Origin: Chrysomallon squamiferum
Lineage: Eukaryota > Animalia > Mollusca
Direction: 5' to 3'
DNA length: 64,000 bases
NCBI GenBank assembly: GCA_012295275.1
Contig: CM022669.1
Span: 9,982,001-10,046,000 of the forward strand
A model generated the notes under the pieces. The model was not told the DNA's origin, did not search any database, and was given only the letters and a program-made list of their open reading frames with translations. Positions 1 to 11,915 of the stretch are shown here, piece after piece. Numbering within the stretch: the first letter of the stretch is position 1; each line of letters begins with the position of its first letter. The translations under genes were made by a program, and so were the position numbers.

Positions 1-303
1 TATAAAAAACATTTTTATTTTTTTCATACTGCAGGTTTAATAATATTCTGATATGAACGTAATTTTGATATCAATGTACAGGTTGAATATAATGGCGAAC
101 TGAGTCTCGTTATAAGAAATGGATCAATTATATATTTTACATATTTATACATTTGTATATTAATTTACAACCTGAAGTTTATTACATCATTACTTATTTA
201 ATGAAACAGTAAATAATCGTATTATTATTATTTTTATTACTACTACTACTACTACTTGAAATAAAAATATTTTGCGAAATTTTTTTACAGAAAGACCCCC
301 CAA

Positions 304-365
<62 letters not shown>

Positions 366-1287
366 TAATAATAATAAAAGTATCGGTATTAGTCGGAAAC
401 CAGTGTAGTTCAGAAAATGAATGGTATTTCATCGCAAAAATTAATTAGATAAACCGGCTCGGAACCAGTCAAAAGTGTGTTGATCGCAAGACAAAAAAAC
501 AAAACAACAAAAAATAAATGTACAGTTTCAAAATTAAAAGTTCAAGCAATAAAGTTGCGTTCGAAGGCTATAGGGTTTAGCGACATTAATACCTGCCATT
601 GCCATCGTGAATGCACATTTCAAAAATATTATATCGGATTCTGATTTTTTTTTTTAAGTTCTTACTTCCATCCAGTTTTATCTGTAGTGCCAAAAATATG
701 TTTAACTTGTAGTCTGACATGTTAGATTTTAAATATATTATGGTATATTTATTTTTCTTTTTTTTTCTTTTTTTTCTTGCTACTTCTTCGTTGACATCAT
801 CCTTGTTGTTATTTCTAGTTATTTTGTTTTTTATCAGTATATAAATCTATCTAAAGGTGATGCAGATTTAGGAAGACAGTGGAGAAGTGTGGATTTTGTC
901 ATCAGAAAACATTTTCACCAAACTCCTGTGAACCTGTCAGTAAGTTCAGTCAAACTTCACCAAACTCTGTCAGTAAGTTCAAAAACTGAATTTGGTTTTA
1001 ATTTGTATTTATTTATTTATTTATTTTTATTTTTATTTTTTTTTTTTTTATTTTGTTTTGTTGTTAATTTTGAACTTTTTAATATACATTTAGCGACATT
1101 TTATGAGCCAATTAATAACGGAATTAAAAGATAAATATAAAAGTGTATGTTGATTGAAATGTTTTAATAAATAACAATAAAATCATTTACATTTTGAGGT
1201 ACAATAATATAATTATACACCATGAATTACTAGGAAAGTAAACTGATTTAATTATTTAATGAGGATACATAATCGTATCCTATTTAG

Positions 1288-1339
<52 letters not shown>

Positions 1340-1506
1340 GTAAATAATAACTGTAGTATTGTAAACTAAAAATGCTGGAATATAAGAAAAGGTTTTAAGA
1401 TAGTCTAAAAGGTTGTTGGTTTTAGAGTATGATAAAACTACTTGTCCAACCACAAAAATAACATGATTTTATTAAAAAAAATTATATATATTTTTTTTTT
1501 TTTTTT

Positions 1507-1545
<39 letters not shown>

Positions 1546-1564
1546 GTTGTTGTTGTTGTTGTTG

Positions 1565-1665
<101 letters not shown>

Positions 1666-2284
1666 GTGACCATAGGATGGAACAAAAGTAATGACAGTGA
1701 CAATAGTAATAATAACTTTTATTAAAATAATGATGATGTTAAAATATACACATAAAAAAGATAAGTAGAGACTTGAGTGAATTAATTTATTAAGAATATT
1801 AACAAAGTGAAAAACATTTAATTAAATATTATGATTACGGCCATAAGTGTCATACGTTTACCATAAACAGCAATCACATACATACAATCGGAGAGAGAGA
1901 GAGAGAGATTAACAAAAAATAATTATTTTTCAGCTACAAATAATTTTCATTCCTACTGGAGTTATGTCCCTTATTCTAAGAAGACATTTTCCCACGTTAT
2001 ATTATTTAAATTTTTCAAGCCTTTCTTATTGTTGTTGTTGATTAGGTGTCAGTAGATTTAAATATCTCTCTCAGTCACCACTCTCGGCTGATAATTTTCA
2101 AATTACAATAGCCAGCTTAGATATCTCAGATTTGCGAAAAATGTTTGAAACAACGTGGACTAACGTCAACTCTTGCATTGCAGATTCTGAAGCTTAAGAT
2201 GCATTAGTTTCGTTATAGATTCACCCCTACACGTAGAATAAATCCGAAATTTTCGTATTTAGTTGGATTACGAAATATTCCTAT

Positions 2285-3418
2285 TTAAACGTAGCACAAA
2301 GCTGGGTTCTTCACTCTTTCCCAGATCTCGTACATCGTTTTACCAAAAATCTTCTGTGAGACTATCACGCTGCCTGTTACAAGTTCGCACGGTGTCGCAG
2401 GCTTCGACAAAAAATATTCCTTATTAATTTTCAGACCGACATGCCTGATATTAAATATTTTCGGTAGAATACCCGTTATTGCTACGTCCTCCATGTTCAC
2501 GTACGGCATGTGCTCCGACACCGCTAAAATCTTCATGGCAACATCAAAAGGCATGAAGTAACAATTGCCCTTGACGTGCGGAGGGTATTTTGGAGCGGGA
2601 TAAGCCTGTTCTGAAACTTTATATCTTTCTTTTCGTATGACCTCGTCTGAGAGAAACATCCGTCCAAATATTTTGTTTTCCCATTTGTTGTTTCGAATCA
2701 AGCTGACGAAGTCTGGAATCTTTACGTACGTGTCTTCATCCACTTTCATGATGTATTTCGCGTTCGAGCAAAATTGCTTGACCCACTTAAAAGCCATAAG
2801 AACTTTGAGTGTCAAGTTGAAGTAACTGTCTTTAAAATCTACTATTACAATGTCCTTCTTTATACTGGCTTCGCTGGCAACAGCAGAATTGAGAGTAGTG
2901 TTTTCGTTGATTCCTAAAATAAAGAATACTCTGACGGGTAACGCGTGAGAAGAATTCGGCCATTTCATTCCCCGAGAGACACTGCCCCATGTATCCCGAA
3001 TAGCCTGCCTTTGTGACGTCATATGATGCAATGACATCACCATGACAACCAGAAGAGTATCAGGCATGCACTTTGTTGGTGGTATTTTCAAAAAGTTGTA
3101 ATTCATAGGAAAGGTTTTTGTGATGTTCGGTCTGAAATACCACTGATATCTCACTAAAACAGGATCTCCGTAAAAATTGTTTGGCGAGAAGGCTTCGGGA
3201 ACGGGTAAAGCAGATATATTTATTATTTGTTTTTCTTCCAGGAATGAGGAGGTGATGCTGTTGCTTTGATATGTTTTTGACTGCAGCGGCATCTGCATAA
3301 AATCAGAGAGTTTTGAAGGTTTCTTTCTCTTGGTGACGTATAATCCGAAAGTCAAAAAGATCAATGAGAATAACATTAACAACAGGACGAACTGCTTTAG
3401 TGACAACCTGCGTCTCAT
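2285..3418 (-). CDS. GT31 beta-1,3-galactosyltransferase-like, copy 1 (intact, 377 aa)
   Basis: Type II membrane layout (MRRR, then a hydrophobic helix). GT31 motifs RQAIRDTWG, DSYFNLTLK, KVDEDTYV (DxD type), YPP and EDVAITG. The true ATG follows a tttcag acceptor, so the upstream ORF extension is intronic. Confidence 0.9.
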   Translation of the reverse strand: MRRRLSLKQFVLLLMLFSLIFLTFGLYVTKRKKPSKLSDFMQMPLQSKTYQSNSITSSFLEEKQIINISALPVPEAFSPNNFYGDPVLVRYQWYFRPNITKTFPMNYNFLKIPPTKCMPDTLLVVMVMSLHHMTSQRQAIRDTWGSVSRGMKWPNSSHALPVRVFFILGINENTTLNSAVASEASIKKDIVIVDFKDSYFNLTLKVLMAFKWVKQFCSNAKYIMKVDEDTYVKIPDFVSLIRNNKWENKIFGRMFLSDEVIRKERYKVSEQAYPAPKYPPHVKGNCYFMPFDVAMKILAVSEHMPYVNMEDVAITGILPKIFNIRHVGLKINKEYFLSKPATPCELVTGSVIVSQKIFGKTMYEIWERVKNPALCYV

Positions 3419-4089
3419 CTGAAATAAGTACAAGTAAACATAATTATCAGTTAAAGTGAAAATGTATTGTGTGTGTGTGTGTGTGTCATTATTTTTTTTC
3501 ATATGTAAGTATGTATTTGTGTATGTATATATTTATCTTTCAGGATTCACGCTAGTAGACAACGAGGGCAAAATATTCGCCCTGTTTTACTCAGTTTCGT
3601 TGATCTTTCAAATTTTCTAATTTGTCTAGAGGCACAACACACTTTTCTCTATTTTTTTAATCAAGTTTGAACCCTGATCTATGCAGCATGTACCAAATAA
3701 TAATGATGTCATTTGACACTGAAGGTTACAATCAGTTTAATAGTGGTTAACTTACTAACATATTAACTTTCGTCTTCTTTAGAAAACGTTATCACAGATT
3801 CTGTACTTAACTAAAGCAGAACTCAATATGAAAATATTACATAACTATTTACGAATAAAATAAATAAACAATGCTTTAGAAATAAAGTATATATATTAAT
3901 AAATCTGGATAACAATGCAGATTATGTGGTTGTTTATTTCATGTGAATATATATCTAGAAGTATCTGTCTGTGTCTTTCTCTCTAAATATATGTGTGTGT
4001 GTATGTATGCACATGTATATATATATACATGCTTTGACCACATGTGTCAATTTATGTTTAACTAAACTGAAAAATATTAAGACTGTGTT

Positions 4090-4192
<103 letters not shown>

Positions 4193-4481
4193 TTTTCGAT
4201 TCGTTAATTTTATGGTGCAGTAATCGCACTTCAGAATTGCGTACAGATTATTTTTCTTAACATAACAATTGGGTTTTTGTTCTTTTTTTTAACATTATAT
4301 TCAAAGGGCGAATTTTAGTAACAGAAGCTCTATTAATCTATATTTCTGTCTGTCTGCCTCTATCTCTCTCTAAATAAGAATTAGTTTTATTAGTAACCAG
4401 TTACTTCCTTTATTCTGCAATCTTTAAGTTACAAAAAAATATATTTCTTAGCTCACCGATCTTGACAGTAGCAGATTCATG

Positions 4482-5573
4482 GGTGTCTTCCCATATGGTA
4501 GAATTCCCATTTCGTAGAAAAAGCTCGTCTACCGCAATACCTGATTACCTCTGGATATAATGAACTTGGCCTGTACATACATCTGGTTTCTTTCTAACAT
4601 TCAGAAGCGGAGCGCATTGTTCCTAAATCAGTTATGTAACAGCAACATCACTACTCATTTTTTTACTTTTCCATTATTATCATCATCATCTACCTCCTCA
4701 TTATCATCATCATAATCATATTTTCATACTTTATGCGATAAGCGATATCCATACTACAACAATACCTCAGATTAAAAAGGTAATTGGTTCCAAATTTCCG
4801 ATAGTTAAGTGAGGTATCGTTAAGCGGGAGACTAATTTACACAGAATTAAGGTTAAAAGCAATGGTTACTTTCTCGCTGATGAAATTTGACATAACAAAA
4901 GAGGTGAAATAAGGAGAAATAAAACGGCAGTTGAGACATAAATGATTTAATAGATTATAGATATTAAGTAAACAGTAAATCATTACAAATCAATTTATAC
5001 AAATACATTAAGAAATTATTATATGCCGCTCATTGTGGGTTCGTTTTTGTGGGCTTTGGTTTCATTTAAGATAATGTATTTTGTTTCTAAAGTTATTGTC
5101 TGCTGTTTCTTTTTATCATCAACATTTGCCAGTATACTGTTATTCGTTTCGAGATATTGGAAGGGTAAATTACAAAAGAGTTTAAGTCATAATCGAAGCA
5201 GAAGAGAAAAGAGAATCAGAATATCAGATGCACATGTGACGTGTCAACTGATCAACACAGCTGGCAGAAGCTCGTGAATGAACGAAAAACGAACGAAAAC
5301 GGACTTAAAAACATGCATTGTATACATTTGTATCATTTATTTCGAACAATTAAAGATTAAATTTCTATTTATATAATTTGTAAAGAAAAAAAATCGTTAA
5401 AGCGGGATATCGTTAAGCGAGATGTTACTGTATTTATACAATAATAATCGCTTTCCAAATAATCTGGAACAGTTCACTATAATGACTGAGGTAAAAACAC
5501 GTATGTCAATAAGACCACTGAACCATATTTAGCCTTTCGACGAACTGGGAATTCTACCAGATGGGAGTAAGCC
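4482..5573. mobile_element. Non-autonomous DNA transposon with ~42-bp TIRs and 8-bp TSD GATTCATG
   Basis: Left end GGTGTCTTCCCATATGGTAGAATTCCCATTTCGTAGAAAAAGCT matches the right-end reverse complement GGCTTACTCCCATCTGGTAGAATTCCCAGTTCGTCGAAAGGCT. GATTCATG occurs at 4474-4481 and 5574-5581. Empty paralogous sites lie near 18817 and 24815. Confidence 0.88.
4757..5430. mobile_element. Degenerate Tc1/pogo-type MITE nested inside the previous element
   Basis: TA-flanked. The right-end reverse complement CAGTAACATCTCGCTTAACGATA resembles the degenerate left end CAACAATACCTCAGATTAA. Subterminal ATCGTTAAGCG motifs occur at both ends. Confidence 0.5.
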
Positions 5574-5908
5574 GATTCATGTGGTTTAATTTCATTGTCA
5601 CAGTACAATGTCATAACAACAATTTATTTGCATTTTTTTAAATCGTCTTTTAAGATCTTGGATATATTGCATCAATTTTGAGCATTGTGAATTTAAAATA
5701 AGAAATTTAAGTTAAAATTCATTAATAAACTAAGTGAAGTACAGAAACATGATTTTCACACTAATCAGATAAATTTAATTTAAAACACTGATTACACACT
5801 TATCAGTCTGAAGTGATACAAAAAAATATATTTTAATACTAACAGCTAACCCGTATTAAAATAAAATTTGAATAGTGATAAACTAATTAAAATGTTGAAC
5901 GTTATATA

Positions 5909-5944
<36 letters not shown>

Positions 5945-6543
5945 TGTATTGTTCATGATCTTGAAAACTGACACAATATATGATACATACATATATACCT
6001 AGATGCATACAAACATACATACATGTGTGTATAATCAGGCAACTTACACATTTTCTTTCAAAACAATCGACGGCAAAGTTAGAATAGTATGTTCTTTAAT
6101 TTTGATAAATTAATTTTAAAATCATGTTACAGTACAAAATGATAATTAAAAACAATAATAAAATAATAAAATAGAAATAATGTTTTCTTTTGCTTTTTTA
6201 TTCATACACACAGAGGTTCGTACATTCATATATACAAATATACGTACATACAGTTGCACATGCATATATATATATATAATATGTGATAGAATGAATTAAT
6301 AAATAAATAAATATTTAAATATGTGATAGAATGAATTAATAAATAAATATTTAAATATGTGATAGAATGAATTAATAAATAAATAGTTAAATATGTGATA
6401 GAATGATTTAATAAATAAATAATAAATAAATAAGTGATAGAATGAATTGGTAAGTAAATAATTATTTATTTTTATTATACTATTTCTGAATTAAGTTTCT
6501 TTATCATTTTCTACATTTACATAATTTTCAAAATTTCACAGAA

Positions 6544-7600
6544 TTACATATATTTATGTATATATGTAACTGTATATACAAATACATATGTATGTATGAA
6601 TCGATATATGTATGTACCTTTGCCTGTATATGCATGTAAGTACGTTTGTATGAATATGTATGCATGTGATTTTATACGTATGTACCTATGCATGTATATG
6701 ACTGTGTATATATATATGTATGCACATACGTATGTATGGATGCATTTATACACATTTGTATGTATGTATCTCCGACGTCTGTGTGATTGAATAAAATAAT
6801 AAAGTATACGCTATTTTTATTTTATTTCATGTTGTTAGAATTAGAGTAAATAATATTATATCATATATCTATCTCCGTGACTAGCTGTCTGCCTGGCTAA
6901 TATTATGCCTGCCTGTCTCTTTGTATGTCTGTCTCTCTATCCATCCATCTATTCATGTGTGTCTGTCAGAAACACATACCAACATACATACATACATACA
7001 TACATATATATTATATATATATATATACAAACATACATAGATGCATATAGACATACACACACAGACACAAGTGATAGAATGAATGAACAAATAAAATATA
7101 TCGTTACATAAGTAACAAAATAAATTAATAACTAAATAATAAATAAGTGATAGAATGAATTGATACGCAAATAAATATTTATTTTTATTTTATTATTTCG
7201 GAAGTCGTCCTTCTTTAACATTTTTTGATCTGTTACATAATTTTTAAAACTAAAGTTACAGAATTACATATATGCATGCAATACATGTACGTACGTATGC
7301 CTGTATAGGTATGTATGTATGTACGTGTGTATGTATGCATATATGTGATTGTATACGTATGTACCTATGCATGTATATGACTGTGTATATATATATGTAT
7401 GCACATACGTATGTATGGATGCATTTATACACATTTGTATGTATGTATCTCTGACGTCTGTGTGTATGAATAAAATAATAAAGTATACGCTATTTTTATT
7501 TTATTTCATATTGTTCTGTCACATCATTTCCAAAATTAATTTATCAGAATTAGAGTAAATAATATTATATCATATATCTATCTCCGTGACTAGCTGTCTG
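6544..7600 (+). repeat. Local tandem duplication (6544-6890 and 7260-7600)
   Basis: Near-identical ~300-bp low-complexity blocks, giving twin spurious ORFs ending HTYVWMHLYTFVCMYL. Confidence 0.8.
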
Positions 7601-8380
7601 CCTACATACACCCATACATACATACACCCAAACACTGAGTGCGGGCGAATGGGTGCCATTTATAAACACACACTAATACGCATGCACTCTTTGTCTCACA
7701 CACACATAAACAAACACAAATATCATGCTCGTTCACACACCCATAACTTAACAGACCGTCACACTGGAAGACTGAAAAAAAAAAAAAAAAACTAACGCGG
7801 ATGATCTACGCAGTGAGAAACTGACTGCGATCAAAACTGCACTCGCATCGACAGTTACGTGTGAGTTTGAGTGGTAGCGGACAATCCCCGTCATGCAGCT
7901 TTTATCAGAGGACGGTCCCAGTACGTGGAATTGTATCCCTCACTTGTTTGACACACAGCGGCCACGTCTCTCCGCATAATGAAGAAAGAGTTGTTATTAT
8001 AAATTCATTATTTTTGTCCTTTTTAAATTCAGATGTTTCTATTTGGTTAATGATTTTACAAAAGCAGTTAATTGTTAGAAAGCGAAACAAGATAATTTTA
8101 TTTATTTTCATTCTCTTCATTTTGTTTTAACAATAACAATCTGATGTTTATATCGCTAACACAGAAAAGAGTATAAATTAAAAATTGAAGGTAAATATAA
8201 AATGACAAATTTGTAGATGTCGATCAAAATCACGTCGTGGACGTTGCTATACCACATTTTAGACATGTATATAGTAAATACATCATGTACACTGGTGATG
8301 TGTTTATTATCAGAAAGGTGATATGTACATTTTATGATAAAAAAATTGGTGTGTATAAATTGCTAATACTCTTGGTTCCC

Positions 8381-8424
<44 letters not shown>

Positions 8425-8874
8425 ATTTGTATGTACGTAAGTATGTTAGTGTGTGTATGTGTGTGTGTTTGTGTTTGCATGCATATATGTATGTATCTCT
8501 CCTCTCTATGCCTGGATGCATGTATGTTTATCATAAATCTCAAGACACATACGTATTATATATATGTTTCTGAATATTTTATAATATAGTGAGATAGTGA
8601 TACAGAGCATTACAGATCTTAGAACCAGTATTAATAAAAACTTTGTTATTGTACAGCTAAAGATTATCTCCATTCCTGCTGGAGTTGTGTCCCTTTTTCT
8701 AACAGGATATTTTTGTTCTTTTTTCAGTGTTTCTTTTTGTTGCTGTTGTTGACTTGGTGTAAGTGGGTTCAAATATTACTCTTATCAGTATTTCACGAGT
8801 TTATGATATGACAAAAACACTCGCGTGAATTTCAAATCCTAAATGTTCGTATTTAGTTGATTTATGAAATATTC

Positions 8875-9872
8875 CTATTTCAGCTGATAGCAAAAACCTC
8901 GGTTTTTCATTCTTTCCCAGATCTTGTACATCGTTTTACCAAAAATCTGCTGTGAGACTATTACGCTGCCTGTTACAAGTTCGCACTGTGTTGCATACGA
9001 GAACAGAAAATATTCCTTATCGATCTCCAGATCGACATGCCTGATATTAAATATTTTCGCTAGAATACCCGTTATTGCTACGTCCTCGATGTTTACGTAC
9101 GGCATGTGCTCCGACACCGCTAAAATGTTCATGGGAACGTCAAAAGGCATGAAGTAACAATTGCCCTTGACGTGCGGAGGGTATTTTGGAGCGGGATAAT
9201 CCTGTTCTGAAACTTCACATCTTCCTACTCTGATTACGTCGTCCGAGAGAAACTTCAGTCCAAATATTTTGTTTTCCCATTCGTTGTTTCGTATCAAGGT
9301 GACGAAGTCTGGAATCTTTACGTACGTGTCTTCATCCACTTTCATGATGTATTTCGCGTTCGAGCAAAATTGCTTGACTCACTTAAAAGCCATAAGAACG
9401 TTGAGTATCAGGTTGCAGTAGGTCTCATCAAATTCCGCTATTACGATGCCCTTCTCTCTATCGGCTTCGCTGGCAACAGCAGAATTGAGAGGAGTGTTTT
9501 CGTTGATTCCTAAAATAAAGAATACTCTGACGGGTAACACCTGACTGGAATTCGGCCATTTCAGACCCCGAGAGACACTGCCCCATGTATCCCGAATAGC
9601 TTGCCTTTGTGATCTCCGTAAAAATCGGTTGGCGAGAAGGCTTCCGGAACGGGTAAAGCAGATATATTTATTATTTGTTTTTCTTCCAGGAATGAGGACG
9701 GGGTGGTGTTGTTGTTGCTCTGATATGTTACTGACTTCAGCGGCGTCGGCCGAAAATAAGAAAGTTTTGACGGTTTCTTTTTCTTGGTGTTGTATAGTTC
9801 GAAAGTCAAAAAGATCAATGAGAATAACATTAACAACAGAACTAACTGCTTTCGTGACAGCCTGCGTCTCAT
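8875..9872 (-). pseudogene. GT31 copy 2, pseudogene
   Basis: Colinear with copy 1, but carries a ~148-bp frameshifting deletion (YGD joined to SQRQ near 9612) and a TGG>TGA stop after AFK (9379-9381). Confidence 0.88.
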
Positions 9873-10338
9873 CTGAAATAAATGAAAGTGAATTTAACAA
9901 TGAGTTAAAGTGAAATTTATTCTGTGTCTGTATGTCTACATCATTATTTGTGTTCATATATATATCTGTTTTTTATGTATGTATGTATGTATGTTTTAGG
10001 GTTCACGCAAAGGGGCACGTGGAAGAAATACCCGCCACATTTTACTAAACCTCAGTTTACTTAATCCAAGGTGAAGTTCTAAGTTGTCTTCATTGGATTC
10101 AGTTACCAAGAAGCCAGTGTAAGGACCATTAATACGATTCTTTGTTTTCTCTGCGAAACTGACAAATACAAATCTTTTTTCAGTACGACCGAGTATCATT
10201 TCTACTCCACAAGACTTCAGTTCTATACAAAATGTCACTCTTCCGTAGTTTTTACGTCTAGTTTGAACCCTGATGTATGTTGTATGTACCTCATATAACC
10301 AGCATGCGTGTGTATATTTGTGTGTGCGTGAGAGAGAG

Positions 10339-10386
<48 letters not shown>

Positions 10387-10710
10387 AGTTATATCAATTT
10401 ACGTAAAAGTAGAGAATAAACAAAAACTTTACTTCTGGAATAATATAATAAAAATAAATATTTATGTATTTTTCACTTATTTATGCACTCTATCGCTTAT
10501 TGAACTATTTATTTATTTATTAATTCATTCACTCTCTTATTAATTTATTTATTATTTCTATCCGTTATTAAACTATTTATTTATTTATTAATCATTCATT
10601 CACTTATTTATCAATTCGTTTATTCATTCATTTATTCTATCACTTTTTATTTATTTATTTATTTACTTACTTACTTAGTTACTTTGTTTATCTGTACAGT
10701 CTACTCTACT

Positions 10711-11330
10711 TATTCCGAATAGCCTGCCTTTGTGACGCCACATAATGCAATGACATCACTATGATAACTAGAAGAGTATAACGCTTGCACTTTGTTAGTG
10801 GTATTTTCAATTACTTGTAATTTACAGCAAAAATGTTATTTTGTTGGGTTTAAAATATTGATATTTCAATAAAACAGGATCTCCGGACCGGTAAAGCATA
10901 TATATTTATTATTTGTTTTTCTTCCAGGAATGACGGGAGAGGTCAACCGAAAAGAACAGGCTTATCCTGCTCCAAAATACCCTCCGTACGTGAACATGGA
11001 GAACGTAGAAATAACGGGTATTCTAGCGAAAATATTTAATGACAGGCATGTCGGTCTGAAGACCGATAAGGAATATTTCTTGTTCAAGGCTGCGACACCG
11101 TGCGAATTTGTAACAGGCAGCGTAATAGTCTCACAGCAGATTTTTGGTAAAACGATGTACGAGATCTGGGAAAGAGTGAAGAACCCAGCTATGCGATAAG
11201 TTTAAATAGGGATATTTCGTAACCCAGCTAAATTGGAAAATGTAGGAATTGAACCTCAGGCGAGTGTTTTTGTCACATCATAAACTTGTGAAATACTGAT
11301 TAAGAGGGATATTTAAACCCACTCACCCCT
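10711..11330. pseudogene. Rearranged GT31 fragment: minus-strand stem piece abutting a plus-strand C-terminal piece
   Basis: 10711-10935 matches the stem to AIR region on the minus strand. About 10954-11199 encodes EQAYPAPKYPP|YVNMENVEITG...ERVKNP on the plus strand with an internal deletion. The 3' flank is the reverse complement of ~8755-8875. Confidence 0.85.
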
Positions 11331-11632
11331 AAATATAAATACAGTGGTATCTTGACTTACGAGTGTACCAAGCTACAATTTGATTTTGTGCTTTGAGTTG
11401 CGAGCCAAAATACGAATTACGACCTAGTTGGCGCAACGAACAATACAGCATCCGCCCAGTATCCCGCGTCTCACTTTTTTGCTTCATGTGGTTATTGCGC
11501 CATGGAAGCATCTCAGTTGTGTTTTCTCCTGTTTATAGAAACATCCATAGATGCATACACATTTACATGCCAAACATAGATACATCCACAGACATATATA
11601 CTTACTACGTACATATACAAACATGTAAGGTT

Positions 11633-11915
11633 GTCTTGATGGCCGAAAGGTAGCGTCTTCCGCCTTCGGAGTCCGCGTGAATGAGTTCCATGCATTCGAG
11701 TCTCGTCAGCGGCATCAGACGGGGTTTGTGAGGCTGCGATTGGACTTTGTCCTCCTGTGCCAGTGTGTACCCGAATATTGTCTTTGTATATAAACACCCA
11801 CTCATAAGCACGCACACTCTCTCTCTCATCACACACACACACACAAACACACTCACAAACACATATACCATACTCGTTCACCCATAACTCAATAGACCGT
11901 CAAATTAGAACACTG
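11633..11915 (+). mobile_element. Probable tRNA-derived SINE
   Basis: GC-rich head with an A-box-like TGGCCGAAAGG (11640) and a B-box-like CATTCGAGTCT (11693), then a (CA)n-containing tail similar to 7660-7775. Confidence 0.45.

Noticed and set aside
9379-9381. In-frame TGA in GT31 copy 2 as selenocysteine
   Set aside because: It replaces a Trp codon in a copy that is already frameshifted, and I saw no SECIS.
11633-11715. Functional tRNA gene (for example tRNA-Sec near the selenoproteins)
   Set aside because: No clean cloverleaf or anticodon arm; better explained as a SINE head.
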